A stretch of 64,000 bases of DNA from an uncultured Fibrobacteria bacterium (GCA_963716395.1 OY970309.1:1120001-1184000), one strand, 5' to 3'; counted from the stretch's first letter, positions 9,140-19,235 are shown. Numbers and translations: made by a program. Notes: a model not told the origin generated them from the sequence alone.

Positions 9140-9331
9140 TCACACGGCCTGCTCCACCTTGTCTTCCTGGGTCAAGTCGGCCGCGAAAAGCTCATCATCG
9201 GGATTCACCTTTTTCGGGTGACGGCTGACCAGACGGATATTTGCAGGGTAGGCGGACAATTCTTTGGCCAGCGGCGAACCGATGGAGCCACCGGCCCCCA
9301 GAATGGTTTGTCTTGCTTGCGTTTGCGCCAT
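9140..9331 (-). pseudogene. Truncated NAD-dependent epimerase/dehydratase (N-terminal Rossmann fragment)
   Basis: QTILGAGGSIGSPLAKEL..IRLVSR..ADLT..VEQAV, then stop after 63 aa. Confidence 0.7.
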
Positions 9332-9563
9332 GTTCGCGCCTTTCTTGCCTAGGGTTGGATAAAAACAAACAAAGGATCGGCCGTTGGATCCATCGATGAT
9401 TTCATTTCGATTTCGGTGCACACGGAAATCCAGATCCGAAAATTCCCGCTTTTAGAGCGCCGGAAAGCGATGAATTTCCACAAACCCTTCCCTTCGCGGG
9501 CTAAAGGGTGGAAAATGATACTTGTCCCGGAACCCGCCGTTCGTGTGACCCAAAGGGGAGAAC

Positions 9564-11360
9564 ATGCTTTCTTCGGTTTTCAACAAACAGGAGTTGACGG
9601 CGACTTTTGACGCGCTTTCGTTGCAGGGCCAATCTTTGATCGAGGTTGCGCTTTTCAATCCGAGCACTTTGAAGTCGGAAGGCCGCGGCTTCTTCAATGA
9701 TTCCGATTTTTTGTGCGAAGCCGCCAACCCGCATCTCGGCCGCTTCAATTTCGGAATCACCCCCTTCGCCTATGCGCCGGATCGTCTGCCCTCGCGCAGC
9801 AGCTACAACCAATTCGACCGCTCCCTGATCGATCACAACACCGAAAGTAGCCGGGTACATTCCGCCACCCTTTCCTTCTGTTTTCGTCCCGACGCCTTGC
9901 GCGAGCTGGGCGCCGCACCGGACCCGCAGCAAGGCGTGGTGCAAATGGCTTATGCCGTCACCGGCATTTTGGAACGGTTGGGCCTGCATTCGTTTTCGCT
10001 GGAATACAACCCCACTACGTTGGTGGTGCGCTTTTTACCGCGCCTTTTGCAGAATCGGGCCGACGCCTTTCGTTCGCAATTGGGCCCTTGGACCCGATCG
10101 TTTCTGGAGCGGGTCGACAAGGAAATGACGCCGGCCGAACACAAGCAATTCACCTTGGCCGCGGCCGCGCTGGGTCAGGTTTTCGATCCCGTGCCGGGCC
10201 TGCCCGGCGTGTTCAACGACAACAAAGACCTAATTACCGTGTGGAGCCTGTCGCCGCCGCGCCCGGCCGAGGAAAGTTATTTCGACGAGCTGCTCGATCT
10301 TTGCCTGCGGCCGACCGACTCCCGGAAAAACGGGGTCGACGTATACGCTCCCGCCAACCTGCAGGGTTTGAGCCAGGGGTGGGACGACCGCGATGACGAA
10401 CCGATGCTGGGCGGCGTCGGCACCATGAAATCGACGCGGTCAGAAACCGCGCACGCCCCTGAGGCCCAAGCTTTCTCCGACCGCAAGCAACAGGAAGAAG
10501 TGCGCGAGTTGGCTGATGCTTTTCAGCACGCGGCGGAGGCTTGCTGGACTTGGCCGCTCTATAGCCAGGCTTTCTCGACCCGCTACCGCGGTTTGCAATG
10601 CGGCCAGGTCATGCTGATGCAAGCCGATCCCTTCGCCGGTGCTCTGGCCTTCGACTTTTTGTTGCAATGCGCCGAACCCTGGGCCAAGGAGGGCAAGGGC
10701 CAGGTGGTGGCCTTTACGAAAAAGAAATCGGCCGGCGATCTGGCGCTGGCGGCGTTGGCCCGCCAGTATAAAACCCATCCGCTTTCCGAGGCCAGCCAGG
10801 CTGGCCGCAACGCCGCGGAATGGGCGCGCAATTATGCCGGCCTGTTCACCGACGCGCCCATCTTTCCCGTCTGCGCTCCCAACGAAAGCCTGGAAAGCCT
10901 GTTCAATTATCTGGATCACGATTTTCAATTGCGTCATCGGCGCAAAGGCGGCGATGCGCCGCCCGTCGCAATTCTGGTCGACGACTTGCATGGGTTTCGG
11001 CAGGGCGACGAAACCGAAACTTACCGCGGGCTGCTCCGCCTGCGGCAAAAGCTGCGCGATCTGAACGCGACCTTGTGGATTACGCAGCTCGTTCCCCAGG
11101 CGCAAATGCCGCAGTCCCGAAGTTTCCTGAGCCTGGCCGACTTTCACGCGCGTTTCGCCAGCGGCGGCGAGGTGGCGGCCAACGACTCCGGGGCCTGGGA
11201 AAAATCCTTCGCCCTGGATGCAGCGCTGCAAAAGGCGCTGCCCGATCTTGCGCTGGTGCGCATCGGCTTCGCGGCCCAAGGGTCGCATCGGCATTACCCC
11301 AGCGCTTACCTCTACCATCGCCCCACCTGCCTGTATAAGGAAATCGCCGTGCCATCCTAG
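9564..11360 (+). CDS. Hypothetical protein with degenerate DnaB/RecA-like C-terminal domain
   Basis: 598 aa; RGLQCGQVMLMQA, AILVDDL (Walker B-like), LRQKLRDLNATLWITQL, LSLADF resemble DnaB_C motifs; no GKT. Confidence 0.6.
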   Translation: MLSSVFNKQELTATFDALSLQGQSLIEVALFNPSTLKSEGRGFFNDSDFLCEAANPHLGRFNFGITPFAYAPDRLPSRSSYNQFDRSLIDHNTESSRVHSATLSFCFRPDALRELGAAPDPQQGVVQMAYAVTGILERLGLHSFSLEYNPTTLVVRFLPRLLQNRADAFRSQLGPWTRSFLERVDKEMTPAEHKQFTLAAAALGQVFDPVPGLPGVFNDNKDLITVWSLSPPRPAEESYFDELLDLCLRPTDSRKNGVDVYAPANLQGLSQGWDDRDDEPMLGGVGTMKSTRSETAHAPEAQAFSDRKQQEEVRELADAFQHAAEACWTWPLYSQAFSTRYRGLQCGQVMLMQADPFAGALAFDFLLQCAEPWAKEGKGQVVAFTKKKSAGDLALAALARQYKTHPLSEASQAGRNAAEWARNYAGLFTDAPIFPVCAPNESLESLFNYLDHDFQLRHRRKGGDAPPVAILVDDLHGFRQGDETETYRGLLRLRQKLRDLNATLWITQLVPQAQMPQSRSFLSLADFHARFASGGEVAANDSGAWEKSFALDAALQKALPDLALVRIGFAAQGSHRHYPSAYLYHRPTCLYKEIAVPS

Positions 11361-11403
11361 TTCCGCGCAGCGACGGCCAAACGGGGATGGGTATCTTTTC
11401 TCC

Positions 11404-12285
11404 ATGCGCCGCCAACTCGGCTTTTTGTTGCTCGAAGCCTTTCGCGGCCTGCGGGCGAACCGCTTTCTTTCCGTCACCTCGATCATCACCATCGGCATTT
11501 GCAGCGCGGTGCTGGCGGTGCTGCTGTGCGGCCTTTCGCTGGTTTGGTCGCTGGACGCGGCGCGCGGCGGAGCGGCCGTGTCGCTGCGTGTGTTCACCAA
11601 GCCCGATGCCGAAGACAGTGCCGGTCTGGCGCATTTGCAGGCGGAGCTGCTGCGCTTCGGCGGCTTCGATTCAGTGGTGTTCGTCAGCAAAGACCAAGCG
11701 CTGCTCGAATTCCGGCGCGAGTTCGGCGACGAGATGCTGCAATATCTCGACGCCAATCCCCTGCCGCCTTCGTATTTGCTGTACCCGTCCGAAAAACCGC
11801 TTTCCGCCGCGCGTGTGCGCGAACTGCGCCAGCGGATTCTGCTCTTCCCCGAAGTCGAAGAGGTTTCCGGCAACGCCGAGCATTTGCAATGGCTCGATCG
11901 CTGGCGGCTGCCGCTGCAAGCGGGCTCCTTTCTGCTGCTGGCGTTCGTGGGCGGCGCCCTGGCGCTGATCGTGCACAACGCCGTGAAGCTCAACCTGTAC
12001 GCGCGCCGGGCTCTGGTCGAAAACATGAAATATTGCGGTGCTTCCGAGGCGTTCATTCTCACGCCCTTCGTGCTCGAAGGCGTGCTGCTCGGTCTGGGCG
12101 GCAGTCTGCTGGGCGTGGTCTGCCTGATCGGCCTGTTGCATGCGGGGCGGCTTTTGGCGCCGGATTTGTTGCAGTCAACCCATACGGCTCGGTTGTCGGC
12201 GGCGCTGATGGGGGCCGCGGCCGGCATCGCCTTGTTGTCCAGCATGCGCACGGTGCGCGCCTTTTTGCGGGGAAACGCCGATTGA
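11404..12285 (+). CDS. ftsX: Cell division permease FtsX
   Basis: EAFRGLRANRFLS, FVSKDQAL, NPLPPSY, MKYCGAS..FILTPFVLEG motifs; four TM segments. Confidence 0.9.
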   Translation: MRRQLGFLLLEAFRGLRANRFLSVTSIITIGICSAVLAVLLCGLSLVWSLDAARGGAAVSLRVFTKPDAEDSAGLAHLQAELLRFGGFDSVVFVSKDQALLEFRREFGDEMLQYLDANPLPPSYLLYPSEKPLSAARVRELRQRILLFPEVEEVSGNAEHLQWLDRWRLPLQAGSFLLLAFVGGALALIVHNAVKLNLYARRALVENMKYCGASEAFILTPFVLEGVLLGLGGSLLGVVCLIGLLHAGRLLAPDLLQSTHTARLSAALMGAAAGIALLSSMRTVRAFLRGNAD

Positions 12286-13433
12286 AGGGATTATGGCTCG
12301 TCGTCTTGCTCGGCATCGCCGGCAACCTGCGCGATTACGATCGCGAAATCACGCACCAACGCCAAGAACTCGACGCCCTGCGCAGCCAATTGGAGGCCGG
12401 GCAAAAAGAATTGGCTGCGCTCAAGGCGCGCAAATCGGCCACACTGGAAGAATTGGATCGCCTGTCGGGCCATATCGCCCTGACCCAACGCTACCTCCGG
12501 CAATTGCAGGTCCTGGAACAACAGTTGCAGCAATCCGTCGCGGCCACGCGGCAATCCCTCGACAGCATCGACCGCCGCCTGCAGTTGCGGCAGCGCGTCA
12601 TGGCGCAGCGCGTGCGCCTTCTCTTCATGGCGGGGCCGCCCGAAAACCTGTTGCTCGCGCCCCTGGGCGAAGGCGATTTCTTCCAGCGCGCCTACCTCGT
12701 GAAACGCATCGTGCGCTACGATCACACGCTGGCGGAACAGTGCCGCCGCGACCGCGATCTCAAACGGCAGACCCTGGCCCAGCTCGCGGCGCGGCGCGCC
12801 GAGTTGGTCCAATTCCAGCAGCGCCGGCGGAGCGAGATGGTGCGTTACACGCGCGCGCAGAACGACGAAGAGAACACCTTGCACGCACTGGAGCACAGCG
12901 AAAGCGCCAAGGCCGAGACCCTGCGGCAACTTCAGGAAAACGCGCGCGCGCTCAACGACATCATCGCCGCTCTGGAAAAGCGGCGGCGCGAAGAACGGCA
13001 ACGCAGCCGGCGCAAGGCCCTGGTGCTCGAGAAGAGCACGCATTATTGCGCGCCGGTGGACGGGCCGGTGGTATCGCGTTACGGCATGCAATACCACGCC
13101 TCTCTGGGCATCAGCACCCGCAACCTCGGCATCGAAATGGAGGCGGCGCCGGGCACGCCCGTGCGCGCCGCCGTTTCCGGAGAAGTGGCTTTGATTACGC
13201 GCATTCCCGGCTACGGTCCCGGTGTCATTCTCGACAACGGTTCGGGTTACTTCACCATCTACGCCAATCTCGGCGCCATCCGGGTGCGTCTCGGGGAGCG
13301 CGTCAAAACCTGCCAGGAAATCGCCGCGGTGGCGTCAGATGCCGCCAATGTTTATTTCGAAGTGCGACAAGGCACACGCACTTTGGATCCCACCGCCTGG
13401 CTGAAAGGCGAAGAGGAGAACGCTTCTAAATAG
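12282..13433 (+). CDS. envC: EnvC-like murein hydrolase activator (coiled coil + degenerate M23)
   Basis: TTG overlapping ftsX stop; long coiled coil; NLGIEM, GYFTIYANL, VYFEVR..LDP lacking the Zn-binding His residues. Confidence 0.8.
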   Translation: MKGLWLVVLLGIAGNLRDYDREITHQRQELDALRSQLEAGQKELAALKARKSATLEELDRLSGHIALTQRYLRQLQVLEQQLQQSVAATRQSLDSIDRRLQLRQRVMAQRVRLLFMAGPPENLLLAPLGEGDFFQRAYLVKRIVRYDHTLAEQCRRDRDLKRQTLAQLAARRAELVQFQQRRRSEMVRYTRAQNDEENTLHALEHSESAKAETLRQLQENARALNDIIAALEKRRREERQRSRRKALVLEKSTHYCAPVDGPVVSRYGMQYHASLGISTRNLGIEMEAAPGTPVRAAVSGEVALITRIPGYGPGVILDNGSGYFTIYANLGAIRVRLGERVKTCQEIAAVASDAANVYFEVRQGTRTLDPTAWLKGEEENASK

Positions 13434-13458
13434 TGGAACTATTCGCGCAGACGCGAAA

Positions 13459-13494
13459 CGGCAAACCGCATCCAGGCCTGGAAGCGGTTTGCCG
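13459..13494. terminator. Hairpin between convergent genes, probable intrinsic terminator
   Basis: CGGCAAACCGCaTCCA-GGCC-TGGAaGCGGTTTGCCG flanked by AAA and AAATAAAAA. Confidence 0.7.
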
Positions 13495-13528
13495 GAAATA
13501 AAAAATCGCGCGCTGCGAAGTGCTTGAT

Positions 13529-14029
13529 TCAGGTAATGTGGCCGAAACCTTCGGCGAGAATCTCGATGCCATGCGCCATGCGCGCCAACCCCTTGAGAAT
13601 CTTCTGCTGCGCCTGCTTGGCGAAAACGGGCGCGGACGCCGCGGACCGCCCGCGCACCGCTTTGCCCGGCCGTTTGCCGACCGATTTTTTGGCGCGCGTG
13701 GATCCGGGTTTGGCCATTCCGGCTTTCTTCATCCATCCCCGCAAGGAGATATAAGAAATGCCGAATTTTTTCAGCGCCTGGCCCACGCTGCCGCGCTCGG
13801 GATTATCGTGGAGCCATTCCAGCACCTGGGACTTGAACTCGGGACTGTAGCGTGTGCCCGTGCTTTTCGCTTTCGCCGCGCGCTTCTTGGCGACTTTGGC
13901 AGCCGGCTTACCGGTCTTCTTCGCGACTTTTTTACCCCGGCCTTTTTTAGCGGCTGACTTGACGGCCGACGCCGCAGGCGGGGCGGCGTCGAATTCCATC
14001 GCCCCGTGGTTTTCTTGCATCGATTCCAT
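13529..14029 (-). CDS. Lys/Ala-rich basic protein with central HTH (putative nucleoid-associated or regulatory protein)
   Basis: AAKKGRGKKVAKK low-complexity arms around RYSPEFKSQVL..SVGQALKKFGISYISLRGW. Confidence 0.7.
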   Translation of the reverse strand: MESMQENHGAMEFDAAPPAASAVKSAAKKGRGKKVAKKTGKPAAKVAKKRAAKAKSTGTRYSPEFKSQVLEWLHDNPERGSVGQALKKFGISYISLRGWMKKAGMAKPGSTRAKKSVGKRPGKAVRGRSAASAPVFAKQAQQKILKGLARMAHGIEILAEGFGHIT

Positions 14030-14128
14030 GTGTTCGGGCTCCTTCCGGATGGATTACTTGTGCGGAACAGAACGGTATTCAATTCGTTGCTCGAATTATG
14101 AAATCCGATCTGAATAATGACAATCTAA

Positions 14129-15157
14129 TTATTCAATTTTCTTTTGCGCGGAGCCCCATAAAAAATAAACCGGAGCGCATAGGAACGCGATCAGAAACAC
14201 GATGGTGTGCACCAGCGCCGGAATCTCAATGCCCCCATGCGCTACCCCTACCGCGTGGTAAAGTAGCGCCCCGCCCGCTTCACCCACTCCCAAACCGGCC
14301 GGAGAAATGGGAATGCCGTTGAGTAACGTCAAAGTGGGCACGATGAAAGCATGCAGTTTGAAGGGCAGCGAAATTTCCAAGGCCTGGGCGCACAACGCGT
14401 ACACTCCTACCAGGCAGAGATGCACCAGCATGGAGATGCCGATCACGCTCCAGAACACGAGGGGCGCGTCGCGCAGGGCCACGAGGGAAGCCAGAAACCC
14501 TTTGAGAAAACTGCCGCGCGGATGCGCGCCGGGCTCGAGCGCGGCCCGGTGCAGCCAGGCGGGTTTCCACGGCGACAGATAGATGGACACGAAAATGGCC
14601 GACGCGAGCGAGACGCCGAGAAAGGTCACGATTTGGGTGCTGAGCATGCGCGACACTTCCCACAAATGGTGGTTGAGGATGTTGGTGACGGCGCCCAGCC
14701 ATAACAATCCGAGGAGACCGGCAAAACGATCGATCACGATGGTGCCCAGGGCCGCGGCGCCTTCGGCTTTGTCGCGGCCGCGCAACAGATAAAAACCTTT
14801 GATGATATCGCCGCCGTTACCGCCCGGCAACACGCCGTTGAAGAACAGCCCGATCATGTGCAACTTCAGCACGAAGCCCGCCGACACCTCGACCTTGGCT
14901 TCGCGCAGCAACCAGAACCAGCGCAGGAACGACAACCCTTCCAAGATAGGACCGTAGAGGCAGAAGGCCGCCGCATACCACCAGGGATGGCGGGTGATGG
15001 CCCGCGCCAGCAAATGCGGTTTCAAAGCGCCGGTGTGGATAAAGAAATAGATGGCGAAAACGCCCAAGCCGATGCGAATCCCTTGTCCCAGCCATTGATT
15101 CCGGAACAGCGATGGTTTTACGGGCGAAGACATGCAATTCGAAGAAGTGGAAGACAC
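14129..15157 (-). CDS. UPF0104 / lysylphosphatidylglycerol synthase TM-domain (flippase-like) protein
   Basis: RW..LL, FFNGVLPGGNGGD, DR..GL, PISPAGLGVGE motifs. Confidence 0.85.
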   Translation of the reverse strand: MSSTSSNCMSSPVKPSLFRNQWLGQGIRIGLGVFAIYFFIHTGALKPHLLARAITRHPWWYAAAFCLYGPILEGLSFLRWFWLLREAKVEVSAGFVLKLHMIGLFFNGVLPGGNGGDIIKGFYLLRGRDKAEGAAALGTIVIDRFAGLLGLLWLGAVTNILNHHLWEVSRMLSTQIVTFLGVSLASAIFVSIYLSPWKPAWLHRAALEPGAHPRGSFLKGFLASLVALRDAPLVFWSVIGISMLVHLCLVGVYALCAQALEISLPFKLHAFIVPTLTLLNGIPISPAGLGVGEAGGALLYHAVGVAHGGIEIPALVHTIVFLIAFLCAPVYFLWGSAQKKIE

Positions 15158-15217
15158 ATCAATGTTACAAAATGCTATCCGCGCCGACGACGCAGTCGCC
15201 GCGACGCGCTCCTTACG

Positions 15218-15865
15218 TTACTTCGAAGTCAACAGTTCGGTCGGGGCCGTCAGCGCCCGGCAAAACGAGAGGCGATGAAGAGGGCTCAGCCCGTGCCGTT
15301 GCAGCGCGCGGCGATGTGCAACGGTGCCGTAACCTTTATGGCGCGCGAATCCGTATTCGGGATAACGGCGATCCCATGCACACATGGCGCGATCGCGCGT
15401 GACCTTGGCCAATATCGAAGCGGCGGCGATGGCCGCCGAAAGCCCGTCGCCGCCGACGATGGGGAGTTGGGGCGCTTCCGCGCCCGGAACCATTTGGTTG
15501 CCGTCGACCAGCAGCAGCGCGGGACGAAGGCCCAGCGCCGACAGCGCGCGCCGCATGGCGAGAAAGGTGGCTTGCAGAATGTTGAGGCGATCGATTTCTT
15601 CGCAGCTCGCTTCGCCGATCCCGAAGGCCAGGGCCCGCTGTTGGATGACCGGAAACAGCGCCTCGCGCGCCGCGGCGCTCAGGCGTTTGGAATCGTCCAC
15701 GCCGGGAATGGGTTCCATGTCCGCGGCAAACGCCACACAGGCCGCCACCACGCTTCCGGCCAAAGGGCCGCGTCCGGCTTCGTCGATGCCCGCCAGCGCG
15801 CCCGAGGCCGGCCGCAAGGTGCAATCATGTTCCCACAGATTTCGCTCCGGCGCGCTGCGCTTCAT
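15218..15865 (-). CDS. rnhB: Ribonuclease HII
   Basis: GIDEAGRGPLAG, DSKRLS, IAAASILAKVTRD, HKGYGT. Confidence 0.97.
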   Translation of the reverse strand: MKRSAPERNLWEHDCTLRPASGALAGIDEAGRGPLAGSVVAACVAFAADMEPIPGVDDSKRLSAAAREALFPVIQQRALAFGIGEASCEEIDRLNILQATFLAMRRALSALGLRPALLLVDGNQMVPGAEAPQLPIVGGDGLSAAIAAASILAKVTRDRAMCAWDRRYPEYGFARHKGYGTVAHRRALQRHGLSPLHRLSFCRALTAPTELLTSK

Positions 15866-16545
15866 GGCGCCGGGGCATCCAAGGCGCGCATGCGCCGCAG
15901 CCAATCGGGATGGATGCGCACCGCCTCGCCGGGTTGCGAACTTTCGGTCGGCACCAGATCGCCGGCGGCGAAGGCCCGCAGCACGCGCCAGTAACTGGCA
16001 TGTTCCACCGCCACAACCATCCGGGCCAGGGCGTCAGCGTCGACGCCCCCAGGCACCGGCACCACCCGCTGCCACAGGATTTGTCCGGCGTCGTAAGCTT
16101 CATTCACCATGTGGATGGTGATTCCCGTGAACTGGCAGCCGCGCCGGATCACGGCTTCATGCACCCGGTGCCCGTAAAAGCCGGGTCCCCCGAAAGCGGG
16201 CAAAAGCGCCGGGTGAATGTTGACGACGCGGTTCGGCAGCCGGCGCAGCAAGGCTTCGGGAACTTTTTTCATGTATCCGGCCAGCACCAACAAATCCACG
16301 GGATGCCGTTCGATCAATTCCATCAATTTGGCGGCCACGCCGTCTTCGGAACCTTCGGTGCGTTCGCTGACGTGATAGGCCGGCGCGCCCGCCTGGCGGG
16401 CCCGATCCAGCGCCAAAGCCCGGCTGTTGTTTCCGGCGACGAAGGTCAATTGGGCCGGCAAGTCTCCGCTGCGTATGTGCTCGAGCAAAGCCTGCAAATT
16501 CGATCCGCCGCCTGAGGCCAATACAGCGAAGCGCACTGGATGCAT
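15862..16545 (-). CDS. purN: Phosphoribosylglycinamide formyltransferase
   Basis: AVLASGGGSNLQA, VLAGYM, NIHPALLPAFGG, YDAGQI. Confidence 0.97.
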   Translation of the reverse strand: MHPVRFAVLASGGGSNLQALLEHIRSGDLPAQLTFVAGNNSRALALDRARQAGAPAYHVSERTEGSEDGVAAKLMELIERHPVDLLVLAGYMKKVPEALLRRLPNRVVNIHPALLPAFGGPGFYGHRVHEAVIRRGCQFTGITIHMVNEAYDAGQILWQRVVPVPGGVDADALARMVVAVEHASYWRVLRAFAAGDLVPTESSQPGEAVRIHPDWLRRMRALDAPAP

Positions 16546-16599
16546 GCGGCAAAAGTATCTAAAAGCAGAATGGTTCCACGCTCGCCGGAGCGCGGCGAA

Positions 16600-17925
16600 T
16601 CAACGCGTGGTGTAGCGCTGCACCGTGGTTTTCTCGAACAACCCGATTTGGCCTTGCACGTTGAAGCGTAGGAGATCGCTCCCCACTTCGAAACGCAGGC
16701 GTTCGATGCCGGGCAAAAGCACGTGCAAGCCGACATAACCACTGCGGGCGAAGTCTCCGGGGGCCGGCGAATTGCCGTTCCACAAACTGGCGGCATCGAG
16801 GCCCGCCACGGCCTGCACGGCGTAGTTGAGGCTCCACCACTTCAGACTTTGCACCCTTTCGGTCACCAGGTCAAAACGGTATTCGGCGTTCAGCAAACAT
16901 TCGCTGCGCCCTTGAAACGAGTTCTCGGAAAAACCGCGCAAAGAATTGGCGCCGCCGGCGTGAAAATCGTCGTAGCGCCCTTCGCCGTCGGCCGGTCCGC
17001 GGCGAAATTGATACAGGCCGTCGACGACCAAGCCCTGCCGCGTCGACAGCGGAGCATAGGCGCGCACATCGATTAACTCTTCCCAATAATCCGCGGGACC
17101 GCCCAAGGCTCCGCCGTTTTCGGTGAGCCGGGTTTCGGCGAAAAACCCGCGTCGGGGCAGATAGGCCCGATCGCGCGTGTCAAAGCGCAGACCCGCGCCC
17201 AGCCGCGGCACCTCGTCGCCGCCGGAGCGCAAGGTGATGCCGTCGGCGCCGCGAATCCAATACCATTCGCCCAGCCACACGGCGCCGAAGTGTTCGGTCC
17301 AGGGCCAATACCCTTCGCACTTGATTCGATGGGAGTACTCGTGGAACGAATCGTAGGGATTGTAACTGTCGACATGTATCCAGGCGGCGTCGAATTCGAT
17401 GGGTCGGCCGAATAATTGCCGTCCCGAAACCGAGGCCTGGTATTCGGTGGTGCCGAGGAAGCGCGCCAGCAGGTCGACCTGTTTGGCGGTGCCGAGAAAA
17501 TTCAGGGCCAGCACATGCGGCCCGATGCTCCAGCCGTCTTGATCGGTTTTATCGACGGTGAGCAGCGGTACATAAGGCGGCAGTTCGACGAAGCGGTAGC
17601 GCAAAGCCACCGAGTCGCCGAAGGACCGGGCTTGCAGCGACACCGAGGCGAACACATCCAAATCTTTGAGGCGATTGCGTTCTTTCTCCCAATCGCGGCA
17701 GGAAAACTTTCGGCCCACGCGTTGCCGCAATTCCTGCAGCACGACACCCGGCCGCGTGATGCGCAGGCCTGCGAGCGACACCGAAGCCACGACGAGGCTG
17801 TCGGAGGCCGGGCATCCGGGCGCTTTGGCCACGGCCAGCCCCTGTATCAGGCAAACGCCGGCACACAAGGCGCGGCCCATTTTCGACATCGACGCTCCGG
17901 GGAACAATCCGCAAAAGGTGCTCAT
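16600..17925 (-). CDS. Omp85/BamA-TamA family outer-membrane protein with one POTRA domain
   Basis: GLRITRPGVVLQEL POTRA, NFLGT, DTRD..LPRRG, GGANSLRGF. Confidence 0.8.
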   Translation of the reverse strand: MSTFCGLFPGASMSKMGRALCAGVCLIQGLAVAKAPGCPASDSLVVASVSLAGLRITRPGVVLQELRQRVGRKFSCRDWEKERNRLKDLDVFASVSLQARSFGDSVALRYRFVELPPYVPLLTVDKTDQDGWSIGPHVLALNFLGTAKQVDLLARFLGTTEYQASVSGRQLFGRPIEFDAAWIHVDSYNPYDSFHEYSHRIKCEGYWPWTEHFGAVWLGEWYWIRGADGITLRSGGDEVPRLGAGLRFDTRDRAYLPRRGFFAETRLTENGGALGGPADYWEELIDVRAYAPLSTRQGLVVDGLYQFRRGPADGEGRYDDFHAGGANSLRGFSENSFQGRSECLLNAEYRFDLVTERVQSLKWWSLNYAVQAVAGLDAASLWNGNSPAPGDFARSGYVGLHVLLPGIERLRFEVGSDLLRFNVQGQIGLFEKTTVQRYTTR

Positions 17926-17966
17926 CCTGCGCAGGCCCTACAACCTTTGGCTGCTACTTTATCCCC

Positions 17967-19235
17967 ATGCCGCGTCCCGGTCCGCTTCGAGGTCTTTTCC
18001 TATGCCTGCTGGTGCAAACCGCCGGATGGGCCGACAAGCTCTTGCTTCCCATGGACCTCACCCAAACCAACCACCTCAAGGCCTACGGCCTCGCCTATTA
18101 CTCGCTGGCGCACGGACACAAGGTGGAATGGCTGCTCAATTACCGCGGCGGCAGTTTTTTGCTCGACGATGATCCCGACTTCGAGCGCGAAGCCGTGCGC
18201 CGCGACGTGCTTTTCGAAACCGTCGACCCCGAGGCCGAGGATCGCCTGCGCCATGAAATCGAAGTCTCGAACATGGAATCGGTGCCCCTGGAGAAAGCGC
18301 CACGCATCGCCGTATACACGCCGCTGACCCAGCAACCTTGGGACGATGCCGTCACCTTGGCGTTAACCTATGCCGAAATTCCCTATGACAAGATTTACGA
18401 TCGTGAAATTCTCGCGGGCCGGCTCTCCCATTACGACTGGCTGCATTTGCACCACGAAGACTTTACCGGGCAATACTCCAAGTTTTACGCCGCCTTTCGC
18501 GGCGCGCCCTGGTACATGCGCGAAGTCGCGGCCCAGCAGCAGCTCGCGCAGGAACTGGGATTTTCCAGCGACGCCGTTCTGAAAAAAGCCGTGGCCCTGG
18601 CTATTCGCAGCTATGTGGAGAAAGGCGGCTTTCTCTTCGCCATGTGCCTGGCCACCATCACCTTGGATATGGCCCTGGCCGCCGTCAAAACCGACGTGGT
18701 GGGCGTTCCCTTCGACGGCACGCCCCCGGATCCGAATTACCGGAAGAAGCTCGATTACAGTTTGTGCCTGGCCTTTACGGGGTTCACATACGATACCGAT
18801 CCCATGTCGCCCAGCTTCGGCGATCTCGACTATAACCAGGTCAACGCCGGACCGCTCCGGCGGCGGCCGGCCAATGATTTTTCCCTGTTCGCGTTCAGCC
18901 CCAAAATCGATCCTGTACCGTCCATGCTGGTGCAAGATCACACCGATTACGTCAAGGGGTTTTACGGCCTGGCCACTTCATTTCCCAAGTCGCTGATCAA
19001 ACCGTCGGTGACCATCCTCGGCGAAGAGGTGGGCCAGCCCGCCGTGCGTTACCTGCATGGTACCTTGGGCAAAGGGCAATTCACCTATTACGGCGGGCAC
19101 GACCCCGAAGACTATTCGCATGCCGTGGGCGACCCGCCCACCAATCTCGATCTGCACAAGAACTCGCCCGGGTACCGTCTCATTCTGAACAACGTGCTGT
19201 ATCCCGCGGCGCGGCAGAAAAAGAGAAAGACGTGA
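17967..19235 (+). CDS. Secreted class I glutamine amidotransferase-like protein (family often labelled 'asparagine synthetase B' in FCB genomes)
   Basis: Signal peptide; NHLKAYG, WDDAVTLALTYAEIPY, WLHLHHEDFTGQY, FAMC, GHDPED. Confidence 0.75.
   Translation: MPRPGPLRGLFLCLLVQTAGWADKLLLPMDLTQTNHLKAYGLAYYSLAHGHKVEWLLNYRGGSFLLDDDPDFEREAVRRDVLFETVDPEAEDRLRHEIEVSNMESVPLEKAPRIAVYTPLTQQPWDDAVTLALTYAEIPYDKIYDREILAGRLSHYDWLHLHHEDFTGQYSKFYAAFRGAPWYMREVAAQQQLAQELGFSSDAVLKKAVALAIRSYVEKGGFLFAMCLATITLDMALAAVKTDVVGVPFDGTPPDPNYRKKLDYSLCLAFTGFTYDTDPMSPSFGDLDYNQVNAGPLRRRPANDFSLFAFSPKIDPVPSMLVQDHTDYVKGFYGLATSFPKSLIKPSVTILGEEVGQPAVRYLHGTLGKGQFTYYGGHDPEDYSHAVGDPPTNLDLHKNSPGYRLILNNVLYPAARQKKRKT

Noticed and set aside
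11218-12281. N-terminal extensions of ftsX (from 11218) and envC (from 11499)
   Set aside because: They overlap neighbouring genes; family motifs start at 11404 and 12282
13529-14029. IS3-family insertion sequence
   Set aside because: HTH only; no DDE transposase, terminal inverted repeats or target duplication visible
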